A stretch of DNA of 64,000 bases, from positions 1,126 through 65,125 of the forward strand of contig CAYSMO010000001.1 in assembly GCA_964432125.1 (NCBI GenBank), given 5' to 3'. Shown here piece by piece: positions 9,794-20,451 of this stretch (its first letter is position 1; every line of letters begins with the position of its first letter). This stretch comes from an uncultured Bacteroidaceae bacterium. GTDB lineage: Bacteria; Bacteroidota; Bacteroidia; Bacteroidales; GCA-2748055. The notes below the pieces were generated by a model. That model had not been told where the DNA came from. It saw nothing but the letters and a program-made list of their open reading frames with translations, and searched no databases. The translations under genes and the position numbers were made by a program.

Positions 9794-9906
9794 AACATTT
9801 TCTTTCTGATAAATATGTATTTTTAAGGATTATAATTTATTTAGATTCTACCCACACGCTTAAGTGGTTGGAAATTAAATAATCTGACGATATTGCATTC
9901 ATTGAT

Positions 9907-12753
9907 ATGAGGAAGGTAAATCTTTTTGCGTCTATATGTTTGGTTTTTTTAATCTTGCTGAATGTCTTCTCATTTGTCAATATTAATGAAAGATTCATTT
10001 CATTTCTAAATTCATCTCTTGAACAGCAGACCAGACTATGTGGGGAGTATATGGAGAAACAGCTACATGGGTTTCAAAATGACATGAACAAGCTACTTTA
10101 CGAGTACAATTTTTCCAGAATATTTAAAGACCCAGAGGAACTCGAAATGAGCAAGCAAAGCCTGCAGGTATTTTATTCGAAATACAGGGATCTGGTAACC
10201 AATGTTTTCATTTTTGATAATAATAAAAATTATTTTGGACTCTATATTAATGACGATGACCATTTCGTTATAGACACCTTTTCCAGGCAGCGACAGCAGA
10301 ACCTCATACCACGCGATAAGGTTGAAGAGAAAGAGGGGAAATACCTGTATCATTATCCCTATTTTGAAAATGATCAGGTAAATGGTAATGTTATTGTCGA
10401 GGCAGACTTTCAAAAATTTGCTAATAAGATTTTCTCATTTTATCCCATTGGAAAGACTATATCATGGCAATGGGTCGTTGATTCCAAGGGAAATATACGC
10501 ACCGATGATTTTAGTGATAATATGAAGCTGGGTTCTGTAATGCAGATCGCCGATAGCATTGATATGTTTTCTGCCGGAATAATCAAACATTATGCAGAAG
10601 ACCCGGATGGCCATAAACAAAAGGTTCACTCTGCCTATTATCCATTGAGCATATTTAACCAGAATCTGGGCATCGTCTTCACAACCAGCCAGACAGAATT
10701 CAACAAATTTTTTATTAACCAGAACAAGCTGGTTTCTCTCTTCACACTGGCTATAACACTGGCACTTATCCTTTATCTGCTTTTCGTGAACAGACGTACA
10801 ATGAAAATGCAGGAAAAACTGAAAATGTCGGAGGCAGTATTCAGACAGGTAGTTGATAAACTTCCTGCCGGAATAATGATTCTTGATTCAAGAAATATAA
10901 TACGCACGATTAACAGCGCTGCACAACGAATGCTGTTTTTAAGCGACGGCGAAGACCTGATCGGAAAGGACTTTTCTAAGCAATTCGCGTTTTCAAATAG
11001 ATTTCTTTTAAAAGATGATATCGATGCTCCTGATTCATCAGATTATCTCTATTACGAAAATGAGGGTATTGAAACAGTTATTTTCCGGATGGAAGAGAGA
11101 AAAAAAATCGAAGGAGAGGAGCTTATCCTGATCGCGCTTATTGACGTGTCTACATTGGAAAGATCGCGAAAGCAGGAGGTAGCTGCCAATCGGGCAAAAT
11201 CGGAGTTTCTTGCTTCAATGAGTCATGAGATCAGAACTCCGATGAATGGTATTTTGGGTATGCTTTCCAGTATGATGGAGAGTAATTTCTCTGGCGAAGA
11301 CATGAAGGAAAAGGTGAAGATTATAAAGAAGTCGTCAGACCTTTTGATGACCATCATCAATGATATTCTTGATTTTTCCAAAATAGAGGCCGGAAAAATG
11401 ATGCTTGAGGAGATTCCTTTTAGATTAAGGGATGAGGTTTTTTTTGTAACTGAACTTTTCACCTCACTCGCTCAAGAGAAGGGGCTGAAGATTGATTCAT
11501 CAATTAATACAGCAGTTCCGGATAAGCTGATCGGAGACCCTTTCCGTTTAAGACAGGTTATGTCGAATCTTTTGAGCAATGCTATCAAATTTACGGAAAA
11601 GGGAAAAATCGAGGTAGGCGTAGATGTGATGGAGAATCATATGGGCCGCATACAACTCCTTTTTTGGGTGGAAGATACAGGTATTGGTATTCCTGAGAAT
11701 AGAATCAATTCAATATTTGGCTCTTACAACCAATCGCAGGGATCAATCAGTAGAAAATTCGGTGGCACAGGCCTGGGTACAGCCATTTCTAAACAGCTTG
11801 TTGAGCTTATGAATGGTGAAATTTGGGTCGAGAGTCCTTCAAGAAAGCATAGCACAAAGGAAGCACCCGGTTCAAAATTCAGCTTTACAATTGAGGTGTA
11901 TTCCAATGAAAAGCTGCCGAAGAGTTATAATTTCAATGGCATTCAACAGCTGCATCAGATAACAGTTCTGTTTCTTACCAAAGAATCAGAACCCGACAAG
12001 AACAGCATCAACAAGTTGTTTCATCAGTTCGGGGTAAATATTGTTACAAAGATTTATCAGGAAATTACCATCGATGCAGTTATTCATCACCTGGATTCAA
12101 AAACAGATCTTTATCAAATGGTTGTAATTGGTGACCAAAACAGCTCTGAAGGCTTCATCCTTGCCGGCAAATTGAAGGAGGAGGGGCTGACAGACAGATT
12201 GCCTTTTATCATGGTCTGTAACAATGATCAACCAGGTAATTTTAAAGCATCAAAGAAACTGGGCATTGATTATTACCTGATTGAACCGGTTGAAAACAAG
12301 GAATTATATGATATCATAAAGGATATTTTTTCTGGACTAAGAGATCATAAAAGCCTTGCATCAACCTTGAACACTTTACCTTCCCGGCTTTCAATTTTAT
12401 TGGTGGAGGACAATATGATTAACCAGAAAGTTGCTCAATCCATTTTTAAGAGCATTGGATATGAGATTGATTTGGCCTCAAATGGCGCAGAAGCAATTGA
12501 AAAAGTAGGGAAGAATGAATATGACATTATTTTTATGGATCTGTTTATGCCGGAGATGGACGGGTTTGAAGCGACTGAGCAGTTAAGAAAATTAGGAATA
12601 AAAGCACCCATTATTGCCATGTCGGCCGATAGCAAAGATGAGCGAAAAGCACAATCAGTTCTTGCAGGAATGGATGAATATCTTCCCAAGCCGGCAAAGG
12701 TTGAAACGGTTAAGCAATTGCTGATTAAGCTTTTTTCCACATCGTCAAAGTAA
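9907..12753 (+). CDS. Hybrid sensor histidine kinase / response regulator
   Basis: N-terminal TM helix, a roughly 250-aa extracytoplasmic domain and a second TM helix. These are followed by a PAS-like segment, the HisKA H-box SHEIRTPMNGI, the HATPase region (DTGIGIP, GGTGLGTAISKQLVELMNG), and a C-terminal receiver (LLVEDNMINQ ... DLFMPEMDG ... KP). Confidence 0.9.
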   Translation: MRKVNLFASICLVFLILLNVFSFVNINERFISFLNSSLEQQTRLCGEYMEKQLHGFQNDMNKLLYEYNFSRIFKDPEELEMSKQSLQVFYSKYRDLVTNVFIFDNNKNYFGLYINDDDHFVIDTFSRQRQQNLIPRDKVEEKEGKYLYHYPYFENDQVNGNVIVEADFQKFANKIFSFYPIGKTISWQWVVDSKGNIRTDDFSDNMKLGSVMQIADSIDMFSAGIIKHYAEDPDGHKQKVHSAYYPLSIFNQNLGIVFTTSQTEFNKFFINQNKLVSLFTLAITLALILYLLFVNRRTMKMQEKLKMSEAVFRQVVDKLPAGIMILDSRNIIRTINSAAQRMLFLSDGEDLIGKDFSKQFAFSNRFLLKDDIDAPDSSDYLYYENEGIETVIFRMEERKKIEGEELILIALIDVSTLERSRKQEVAANRAKSEFLASMSHEIRTPMNGILGMLSSMMESNFSGEDMKEKVKIIKKSSDLLMTIINDILDFSKIEAGKMMLEEIPFRLRDEVFFVTELFTSLAQEKGLKIDSSINTAVPDKLIGDPFRLRQVMSNLLSNAIKFTEKGKIEVGVDVMENHMGRIQLLFWVEDTGIGIPENRINSIFGSYNQSQGSISRKFGGTGLGTAISKQLVELMNGEIWVESPSRKHSTKEAPGSKFSFTIEVYSNEKLPKSYNFNGIQQLHQITVLFLTKESEPDKNSINKLFHQFGVNIVTKIYQEITIDAVIHHLDSKTDLYQMVVIGDQNSSEGFILAGKLKEEGLTDRLPFIMVCNNDQPGNFKASKKLGIDYYLIEPVENKELYDIIKDIFSGLRDHKSLASTLNTLPSRLSILLVEDNMINQKVAQSIFKSIGYEIDLASNGAEAIEKVGKNEYDIIFMDLFMPEMDGFEATEQLRKLGIKAPIIAMSADSKDERKAQSVLAGMDEYLPKPAKVETVKQLLIKLFSTSSK

Positions 12754-12831
12754 CAAGTATTAGAAATTAATAATAAATATTTTTTTTGTGCTTGATAAGA
12801 ACGGACTCGCGAGCGCAACGTAACTAAAGCG

Positions 12832-12869
12832 CTAAACGCATACAGCAGCCATTGACGTTTTCCTGCAAG
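12832..12869. repeat. Copy A of a short dispersed intergenic sequence block
   Basis: CTAAACGCATACAGCAGCCATTGACGTTTTCCTGCAAG. It shares AACGCA...TTGACGTTTT with 42775-42794 and GTTTTC(C/T)TGCA with 59873-59884. See the findings. Confidence 0.4.
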
Positions 12870-12877
12870 CACAGGTT

Positions 12878-14119
12878 ATGGTTAGAAGAGAGAACATAGA
12901 ATTAATGGCCCCTGTAGGGTCCTACGAGTCTTTAATGGCAGCAATTCAGGGAGGTGCAGATTCAATCTATTTTGGCATCGAACAACTGAACATGAGGGCC
13001 CGATCGTCCTTCAATTTTACTGCAGAAGACCTGCCGGAGGTTGTGAAAATCGCCAAAGAAAATGGGGTAAAGTCTTATCTGACAATTAATACGGTTATAT
13101 ATGATCATGAGCTTGAGCAAATGCGAAGAATCATTGAACTTGCAAAAACAAACAACATATCGGCCATTATTGTATCAGATCAGGCAGCCCTTGGCTATGC
13201 ACTTAAATCAGGAGTTGAAGTGCACCTTTCAACCCAATTAAATATCAGTAACAAAGAATCCCTAAAATTTTATGCAGGGTATGCTGATGTAGTGGTCCTT
13301 GCCAGGGAGCTGAACCTTGATCAGGTGGCAAATATCGCTGAAGCGATTGAAACAGAAAATATTTGTGGCCCTTCAGGTGAACGAATCAGAATAGAGATGT
13401 TTATCCATGGGGCATTATGCATGGCTGTTAGCGGAAAGTGTTATTTGAGTCTTCACCAATATGACCACTCCGCCAACAGGGGCGATTGTTTTCAGGTGTG
13501 TCGGGGTTCATTCCTTGTAAAGGACAAGGAGAGAGATATTGAACTTGAGGTAGCTAATGAGAATATAATGTCACCTAAGGACCTTTCTACGATTCATTTT
13601 TTAAATAAGATAATTGATGCTGGTGTACGTGTATTTAAAATTGAAGGTCGTGCCAGGTCTCCCGAATACGTTAAAACGGTTGTTTTATGTTACAAGGAGG
13701 CATTAGATGCTTATTTTACAGGTAATTATACGCTTGAGAGAATCGATCAATGGAAAAAACGCCTGAGCAGGGTGTTCAATCGCGGATTTTGGGATGGGTA
13801 TTATCTTGGTCAGCCGTTGGGAGAATGGAGTGATGTTTACGGATCAGCAGCTACGACCCGAAAATTGTATCTGGGTAAGGTTACCAATTATTTTGACAGG
13901 ATCGGAGTAGCAGAAATTGCCATTGAAACCGGGGAGATTCAATTGGAGGATGAGATTCTTATTATCGGGCCAACAACAGGAGTGATCGAGACCAGTATTG
14001 AAGAGCTGCGTGTTGATGAAAAAAGTATTGAAATAGCAGTAAAAGGAGAACTTTGCTCTATTCCGGTTCCTCTATTGGTACGCAGATCCGATAAGGTTTA
14101 TAAAATTTCATACAGGTAG
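12878..14119 (+). CDS. Peptidase U32 family protein (YegQ/TrhP-like)
   Basis: N-terminus ELMAPVGSYESLMAAIQGGADSIYFG and the conserved E(x)F(x)HGALC block (EMFIHGALCMAVSGKCYLS). At 413 aa the length fits the family. Confidence 0.85.
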   Translation: MVRRENIELMAPVGSYESLMAAIQGGADSIYFGIEQLNMRARSSFNFTAEDLPEVVKIAKENGVKSYLTINTVIYDHELEQMRRIIELAKTNNISAIIVSDQAALGYALKSGVEVHLSTQLNISNKESLKFYAGYADVVVLARELNLDQVANIAEAIETENICGPSGERIRIEMFIHGALCMAVSGKCYLSLHQYDHSANRGDCFQVCRGSFLVKDKERDIELEVANENIMSPKDLSTIHFLNKIIDAGVRVFKIEGRARSPEYVKTVVLCYKEALDAYFTGNYTLERIDQWKKRLSRVFNRGFWDGYYLGQPLGEWSDVYGSAATTRKLYLGKVTNYFDRIGVAEIAIETGEIQLEDEILIIGPTTGVIETSIEELRVDEKSIEIAVKGELCSIPVPLLVRRSDKVYKISYR

Positions 14120-14165
14120 AAATTTTATCCGGAAGACAAAAAAAAGGGAAGAACATTACCAGATC

Positions 14166-15317
14166 TTATTGCCTGTTCAAAACAATTCTAAAAACAGTTT
14201 TTTGTTCCGGATCAGATGATAGAACAAAAATTTTACCATCATGGTATGTTTCGATGATTCTCTTACTGAGCGAAAGCCCAAGGCCCCATCCTCTTTTCTT
14301 TGTTGTATAGCCGGGTTTGAAAACGGTTTTGAATTTGGACTTTGGTAAGCCTTTTCCGGTATCTTCAACATCAATTGTAACAGTTTGTTCTCCTTCTGTG
14401 CATCTGATTGTGAGCTTACCTGAACCTTCCATGGCGTCAATAGCATTTTTACTCAGGTTTTCAAGTACCCAATCGAATAGCGTTTCATTTATAGGTACGG
14501 CTAAGGGACCTGCAGGAAGAATGGTTTCAAATTCAATAGATTTACTTATTCTCGCCTTGATATAGGAGAGGCTGTTAGAAATAATCTGAACGATGTCTTT
14601 TTCATGAAGGGCCGGTTTTGAACCTATTTTTGAGAATCTGTCTGCGATCTTTACTAGTCGCTGAGAATCTTTTTCCAGTTCGCTGGTTGTTGCTGGGTCG
14701 GCCCCTGTTTGTTTAAGGATTTCAACCCAACCAGACAAGGATGAGATAGGTGTTCCCAACTGGTGAGCTGTCTCTTTGGATAATCCCGTCCAAACCTTGT
14801 TCTGCTCAGCTTTTCTTGATATACTGAAAGCAATATATGAGACACCAATAAACAATATAATTACACCCAATTGAAAATAGGGAAAGGCAGCAAGTTTCCT
14901 CAATAGATTGGAATTTCTGTAATAGAGGTACTGGTAGTTGTTATTGCCAAGATCAATAACAATACTGTCGTTTTCGCTTTTCATTTTTTCAAGTGATTTC
15001 ATAAGGTATCTTGGCTGATTAACCCGTGTTGAATCGAGATTTCGTTGTGCCATGATCCTTCCCTCATCGTCTACCAGTATAACCGGGATCTGGGTGTTGC
15101 CTTCGATCACTTCGAGCGGAAATAGAATGTCATTTACCGCGAGATTAGGGTTTGCCAGAATCCTGGTGGCCTCTGCCCACAGCTCAATTTTTTTACGTTC
15201 GTCTTCAGCAATGCTCCTAACAAGCCTGTTGGTGTAATATAATGAGCCTGCGCCGATCACAACAGCTGAAAATAGCAGAAGAAATTTCCACCGTTGTTTC
15301 TTTTCGTATATATTCAC
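14166..15317 (-). CDS. Sensor histidine kinase (membrane-anchored)
   Basis: Two TM segments, the H-box ETAHQLGTPISSL, and HATPase motifs (NLSKNAIDAM, DTGKGLP, GWGLGLSLSKRIIE). Confidence 0.85.
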   Translation of the reverse strand: MNIYEKKQRWKFLLLFSAVVIGAGSLYYTNRLVRSIAEDERKKIELWAEATRILANPNLAVNDILFPLEVIEGNTQIPVILVDDEGRIMAQRNLDSTRVNQPRYLMKSLEKMKSENDSIVIDLGNNNYQYLYYRNSNLLRKLAAFPYFQLGVIILFIGVSYIAFSISRKAEQNKVWTGLSKETAHQLGTPISSLSGWVEILKQTGADPATTSELEKDSQRLVKIADRFSKIGSKPALHEKDIVQIISNSLSYIKARISKSIEFETILPAGPLAVPINETLFDWVLENLSKNAIDAMEGSGKLTIRCTEGEQTVTIDVEDTGKGLPKSKFKTVFKPGYTTKKRGWGLGLSLSKRIIETYHDGKIFVLSSDPEQKTVFRIVLNRQ

Positions 15318-15328
15318 AACAAATTCAT

Positions 15329-17968
15329 TTAAAAATCACTATCATCTATAACGAAATCAATTTTAGGTTTCTTGTCTGTCCGGTTTTTCTTTTTCCACCA
15401 CTTAGTTCTATCGTTTGTTTTACGATCTGTTGAGTCCACAGTCCCTTCATCAGAAAAATCAAATTCCATTATTGGTTTTTCAGCACTTTCTTTTTTAAGC
15501 TGAACATCTTCATCAGATAAACCAAATTCCCTGTTCAGCACCCTCTTCAATTCGGATTTCTCATTCTGTAGATCCTGTCTGATTTTTTTCATGGCCTGTG
15601 CCTCATCAAATTCTATTGACATTCCGTCTCCTGTATCATATAATATAAGGAAAATGGTTCGTTTGTCACTTTTATCAAGAGCGATGTTGAACTCTGAGTC
15701 TGACATACTTTTTGCTCTATTGAATAATAAATCAGACAGTTTTACAGCCAGGTGGTATTCATACATTTTATTAAAACCATGTTTACCTGATCCTTGTATA
15801 TTCAGAGCCGTTGATCTGATATCCATTTGCGGAATAGTGATTGTATTGTTGTTAATCATGATAGTGTTGCGAAGGTTCGAAAATTGAATGTGATCCATTT
15901 CGTCAATTTTTAGAAATCTGGATAATTCAATTACAGGCTGGAAATTGATTAATTCACCATTCTCAATAATGAAGCTATTTTCAGACACGATTTCAGATGT
16001 AATAAATGAAAAATCACTTCGGATGGCAGAAATGAATTCAGACTCTCCTGATAAACTCCCTGCAAGGTTTTCATGGGTTATAAACTCCTGTCCAAAGTTA
16101 TTGAAAGACTTGAATACATCACCTATTTCTACAACCCTGAAACTTGAGTTCATTGTTATCTGGTGAATGGGTTTGTGCAGATCAAACAAGGCAAGCCTTG
16201 CGTTGACGACCCCATTCATGGTTTCAAGATATACAGTATCAATATATAGGCCGGGATATTTGTATATCAAGTTACCCGAAACCTGTTCGGTTTGGAAATC
16301 TCCCCTGGTAATTTTATCAAAACTGAAGTTCAGGTTTGACCGGATATGTTTAGGGTATGTTACTTTTTTGTCATTTCCTTCCTCTTTTTTCAGGTTCAGG
16401 AGTAGACGGTCCACATTCAGGTCGCTGCTGTAGACCGAGCCTTCAAGATTAAGAAAAGACCTGCCTGATATTGTTTTCAGGGGATTATTGGTTGATATAT
16501 CTATCAGGAAATCAGTCTCATTCATATATCCTCCTAGTTCAGTCTTCCATTTGTCTGGCTGGACATCAAGTCTGCCGTCTAATTTGCTGAAAACGATCTC
16601 TTGATTTTCAGTAATGAGATGAAGCCCGGTAAATACGACCTGTCCGACAGGGGTAATAGTTACCCTTCCTTTCTCTCCTGAAAAGCCGCTGATGGCTCCT
16701 TCGGCCGTGAGCCTCGGTTTGATCCTTCCCTCCTTGATTTCTATTGGATAAGCATTGATAAACGGTTGTAAATCAATCGCATTTATGTCTCCCGACAGGT
16801 CAAGTTTAAAGGAGGGTTTAGTAAAGTTTTGTAACTTCATGGATCCGGAAATATCAGAGTTTCTAAACGAAGCATTTATTGAATGAAGCTGAAAAACGGA
16901 TGAGGTAACACTTCTCAGCGGACCGTTGGAGTAACTTCCATTCAGCGATATCGAGCTTAATTTTAAACCATTTTGCAGTTCAAGTGATGCGTTTTGCGTA
17001 GAAAATGTGGCGTTTATATGTGGCGATATCGTTGGTGAGAGCATTCCTGAGACTTCAATTGAAAGATCTATTTTACCTTTTCCGCTTATACCTTTCGTAT
17101 TTATCTTCCTGCCGGTCAAAATCCTGGTAATCCATTCCAGGTCAATTTTTCTACCCGTGAATTCCAGGTCAAGGTCTGCACCGTTTTCTTCGTCAACCAA
17201 AAATGCTCCGGTAACTCCTGCAGCAAATTCTCCAAGGATTAGTTCTCCTTTTGAAATGGAGTAAAGATTCTTTTCAACCTGAAGGGCAATTTCCGATTTG
17301 ATTTTCTGGTTGTGAAGAAAAGTTACACCGTGGTTGATGAAATCGTAAATGTATGCATCTCCTCCCCCTTTTAATCTATAATTCTGGTTGAAAAAGTTTC
17401 CCTCCAGGAATATGTCACGGATCGATCCTCTGGCTTGGACATCTTTGGTCAGATTGATGTATTGAAAATCAATATTTTTTAAGGAGACTCCTTTCATTTC
17501 AACGAACCTGGAACTTCCCTTGTCTTTTTTCTTCTTCTCCACCAGAAAGTTTCCAATTCCCGAGTTATCAATGAATACCCTGACCATCCCTTCTCTCACC
17601 TCAAGGCCCTGAATAGAGAATTTCCCTTGTATCAAATCCGGAAGGTTAAATGTCAGATAGACACGTGTTGCAGTGATCAGGGTATCCGGAGACATATTCA
17701 AAAATTCATCTCTGTTGAAAGCATGGCCCGACCAGATGACAACATTTTTCAAGTAGAGGGAGGTGTTTGGAAAGTTTTTGAATATGCTGATCCCGATCTC
17801 TTCCACGGTCACTTTTGTATCCAGCTGCTCATTTAAAAGCTCCATAGCATGTTCTTGCAGGTCATCACCGTAAAACTTAGCGATGACAACACCAGCAATA
17901 AACGATAGCAGAAAGGATATGATCAGTAATGCTGCCAGGTATTCAAAGAATATTCGGATCTTTTTCAC
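15329..17968 (-). CDS. AsmA-like large envelope protein
   Basis: 879 aa. An N-terminal TM anchor is followed by a long beta-rich body whose opening resembles the AsmA family (VTVEEIGISIFKNFPNTSLYLKNVVI). The C-terminal tail is highly charged. Assignment is by family resemblance only. Confidence 0.55.
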   Translation of the reverse strand: MKKIRIFFEYLAALLIISFLLSFIAGVVIAKFYGDDLQEHAMELLNEQLDTKVTVEEIGISIFKNFPNTSLYLKNVVIWSGHAFNRDEFLNMSPDTLITATRVYLTFNLPDLIQGKFSIQGLEVREGMVRVFIDNSGIGNFLVEKKKKDKGSSRFVEMKGVSLKNIDFQYINLTKDVQARGSIRDIFLEGNFFNQNYRLKGGGDAYIYDFINHGVTFLHNQKIKSEIALQVEKNLYSISKGELILGEFAAGVTGAFLVDEENGADLDLEFTGRKIDLEWITRILTGRKINTKGISGKGKIDLSIEVSGMLSPTISPHINATFSTQNASLELQNGLKLSSISLNGSYSNGPLRSVTSSVFQLHSINASFRNSDISGSMKLQNFTKPSFKLDLSGDINAIDLQPFINAYPIEIKEGRIKPRLTAEGAISGFSGEKGRVTITPVGQVVFTGLHLITENQEIVFSKLDGRLDVQPDKWKTELGGYMNETDFLIDISTNNPLKTISGRSFLNLEGSVYSSDLNVDRLLLNLKKEEGNDKKVTYPKHIRSNLNFSFDKITRGDFQTEQVSGNLIYKYPGLYIDTVYLETMNGVVNARLALFDLHKPIHQITMNSSFRVVEIGDVFKSFNNFGQEFITHENLAGSLSGESEFISAIRSDFSFITSEIVSENSFIIENGELINFQPVIELSRFLKIDEMDHIQFSNLRNTIMINNNTITIPQMDIRSTALNIQGSGKHGFNKMYEYHLAVKLSDLLFNRAKSMSDSEFNIALDKSDKRTIFLILYDTGDGMSIEFDEAQAMKKIRQDLQNEKSELKRVLNREFGLSDEDVQLKKESAEKPIMEFDFSDEGTVDSTDRKTNDRTKWWKKKNRTDKKPKIDFVIDDSDF

Positions 17969-17991
17969 AATCTTATTCCGGTTGTGATGGA

Positions 17992-18705
17992 TTAGTGCAT
18001 GAAGGAATTAAACGGATCTTTTACAGTCATTTCATAAGGTTCCTCGCCATATTTAAATATCCTTGCGGGTTTGTTGCCGATCAGGCTCATCTCTTCACCT
18101 TCAATGCGTAAGATACAGCCTTCCCGTAGCCCTAAAACAGTCATATTACGGTTTACTTCAAGAAACTCTTTAATTCTCTCCTCCCTTGTTTCCCCGGCAT
18201 GTCCGTCAGGATTTGCATCCAGGTAGTGGGGGTTAATCTGAAAATTTACAAAATGAAAAGCATCGAAGCTTTTTGGTTCTACAACAGGCATATCATTCGT
18301 GGTCCTGATGGTCGGACAGGCAACATTCGAGCCTGCGCTCCATCCGATGTATGGTGTGCCACTCATCACTTTTTCTCTCACAGGACCTGTCAGTTGATGA
18401 TCCTGGATCATTTTGATCAGGTTAAAAGTGTTTCCGCCTCCTATGATAATAGCTTCCGCCTCAAGAACAGCAGCTATGGGATCGTTGAATTCATGTATAG
18501 AACGTATATCATGTCCCACCTCATTAAACCGAGACTTCACTTTTTTTGCATAATCATCGAAGGATATTGACACACCAGCATATGGAATAAACAATCCCGA
18601 AATTTTTTTGTCTCCCAGAAATCTCTTTATCTCCATTTTTGGATAATCCAGGTAATCCTCACCCGCATTTGTAGAGTTACTGATCAATAAGAGTCTCATT
18701 TGCAT
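17992..18705 (-). CDS. pepE: Dipeptidase E (peptidase S51)
   Basis: MRLLLISNST..., GGGNTFNL, and the nucleophile block YIGWSAGSNV. The sequence is full-length PepE-like. The start may be Met3 (18699). Confidence 0.85.
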   Translation of the reverse strand: MQMRLLLISNSTNAGEDYLDYPKMEIKRFLGDKKISGLFIPYAGVSISFDDYAKKVKSRFNEVGHDIRSIHEFNDPIAAVLEAEAIIIGGGNTFNLIKMIQDHQLTGPVREKVMSGTPYIGWSAGSNVACPTIRTTNDMPVVEPKSFDAFHFVNFQINPHYLDANPDGHAGETREERIKEFLEVNRNMTVLGLREGCILRIEGEEMSLIGNKPARIFKYGEEPYEMTVKDPFNSFMH

Positions 18706-18830
18706 CTGTTTAATATTTGGTGTAAAAATACAATAATAAGAAACAGTAACTCATAAAGTTTTCAAGAAGTTGGATAGAAAAATGCTGAACGCTTGGTTGG
18801 CTCCAGGTTGGATAATCCTGGGGAATTCAA

Positions 18831-18874
18831 CGCATAAAATAGCCGGACCAAGATTGGCCCGGCTATTTTATGCG
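18831..18874 (-). terminator. Long perfect hairpin downstream of the OM-barrel gene
   Basis: CGCATAAAATAGCCGG (18831-18846) pairs perfectly with CCGGCTATTTTATGCG (18859-18874), giving 16 bp, and the hairpin lies 11 nt after the stop at 18885. A T-run follows on the plus strand only, so its function as an intrinsic terminator is plausible but unproven. Confidence 0.5.
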
Positions 18875-18884
18875 ATTATTTTTA

Positions 18885-19844
18885 TCAGAAGGAGATTAGA
18901 TTTAATCCTACACTGAAGGGATATAACTCCGGTTCAGCTGTTTCGCCAAAAAGAGGGGAAAAGTAGTAGTTTGCAAAGAGATTGATTGCCCTGTAGCCAA
19001 TTCTTACGGTGGCCCCATACCGGAAAGGGGAAAGACTGAAATCGTCTTTTCTAACCTCTTTTTGTCTGCCTCCGTCCTGGTATTTAATTTTCGTTTTTGA
19101 TGCGAGTTTAACTCCCCCGGTGATACCTCCGGAAACGTGGATTCTTTTATTACCAGCCGGAATCTGGAATTCGAGCAGCAGGGGTACGGTCAGATAGGTC
19201 ATGGAGAGTTTTGATTTGATAATACCGTTATAAGGTTCAGGACGGCTGATGATGTTTCCGCCAATCTCTTTTTCGATTGAATTGTTTCCGTCAAAAATAT
19301 AGTTAGACCATTCAAATCCCATTCCGGTTACCAGGCCGGCATAGGAGGTGCCCAAACCAATTCCATATTCCAAAAAGTTCAGGTTATAATTCCATGATTT
19401 TGCGGTGTTTAAATCCATGAAATCTCCTGTATGTAATGAATAGCCAGGATCAAGAAAATTATTAAGTCCTATCTCGAATCCGGCATAATGTGGTTTGAAT
19501 TTTTTCTTTTTCTTATTTTTCTCGGTCGGTTCATCATTCATCTTCTTTTTCCCATTCATCTCTATTACATTAATGGAATATCCATCATTGCCTTCAACAA
19601 TACTTAACCCTTTACTGCCCAACTGTAGTTTTGTTGTGTCTCCGTTGTCTTCGATAATGAAGATTTCATTTTTTCCTACAGTGACCCTGGTTTTGTCTGG
19701 TGTGTCAAAAGACATATCCGGTCTGTTGGGAGTTTTGTGTGCTTCAGAAAAATTCTCCGGATTTCGGGCCGGGATTGTATCGTTTTGTGCAAAAAGAGGA
19801 GCCAGTAATCCAAGCGCCAAAACAAATGCTGTGATCTTTTTCAT
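18885..19844 (-). CDS. Outer-membrane beta-barrel (porin-family) protein, function unknown
   Basis: Signal peptide MKKITAFVLALGLLAPLFAQ, a Lys-rich linker (EKNKKKKKFKP), and a C-terminal half of alternating-pattern strands ending ...GLNLISF. Confidence 0.55.
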   Translation of the reverse strand: MKKITAFVLALGLLAPLFAQNDTIPARNPENFSEAHKTPNRPDMSFDTPDKTRVTVGKNEIFIIEDNGDTTKLQLGSKGLSIVEGNDGYSINVIEMNGKKKMNDEPTEKNKKKKKFKPHYAGFEIGLNNFLDPGYSLHTGDFMDLNTAKSWNYNLNFLEYGIGLGTSYAGLVTGMGFEWSNYIFDGNNSIEKEIGGNIISRPEPYNGIIKSKLSMTYLTVPLLLEFQIPAGNKRIHVSGGITGGVKLASKTKIKYQDGGRQKEVRKDDFSLSPFRYGATVRIGYRAINLFANYYFSPLFGETAEPELYPFSVGLNLISF

Positions 19845-20039
19845 CGTATGTGTTTTTATGTTTAAATATCAATGCTTTATTTGTATGATTGAATGAGGTT
19901 GCAAAATAATAGTAACCTAATAAATGCGCATCCATTCAATCTATACTAATGGTAAGACGACAAGCCAGTATAAAAAGTTACAGCATACAAAGAGGTAAAC
20001 GGAGAATTGAGTGTGTTGAGCTGATAAACGCGATTATTA

Positions 20040-20417
20040 TTATTCGAAGAATTCCTTTAGCGAAGCAAAATATGACTTATCCCAGCCCTGGTTGATATCT
20101 TCGAAAGCTTCATCCGGAATATTGGTGTGAAGAAGTTCGATGTTTGTAAAATATTTTTCGGGAGATAGTGTTATCGTTACCACGGAGGGCTCCTTCTGAT
20201 CGCCAAAATACCATTCCTGAACAATTTTTGTATCGGGTTCAAACTGCAGGTTTCTACCAGTAATATCTCCATTGTACAGGGAAAATTCATCCCCGGCATT
20301 TATACTCATGACAGCCTTTTCACCGGTCCACAACTCTATAGAGAAGGGGTTTGTTAGTGCGGCATATACTTCAGGAGGTGTTGCCTTGATTTTGTAATGC
20401 TTTTTCAGATTTTTCAT
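20040..20417 (-). CDS. SRPBCC-fold protein (Aha1/BPI-like, activator of Hsp90 ATPase homolog family)
   Basis: 125 aa. It reads YKIKATPPEVYAALTNPFSIELWTG ... and its length and pattern are typical of the AHSA1-type SRPBCC family. Confidence 0.6.
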   Translation of the reverse strand: MKNLKKHYKIKATPPEVYAALTNPFSIELWTGEKAVMSINAGDEFSLYNGDITGRNLQFEPDTKIVQEWYFGDQKEPSVVTITLSPEKYFTNIELLHTNIPDEAFEDINQGWDKSYFASLKEFFE

Positions 20418-20451
20418 GATGTCATTGATTCATTAAATGAGGCATTTGTTC

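Noticed and set aside
19887-19941. Two-tier hairpin (GATTGAATG/CATTCAATC outer stem, AGGTT/AACCT inner stem) between the SRPBCC gene and the OM-barrel gene.
   Set aside because: It has an AT-rich stem with a 14-nt asymmetric bulge, no U-run and no similarity to the other repeat copies. I cannot support a function beyond a possible weak terminator.
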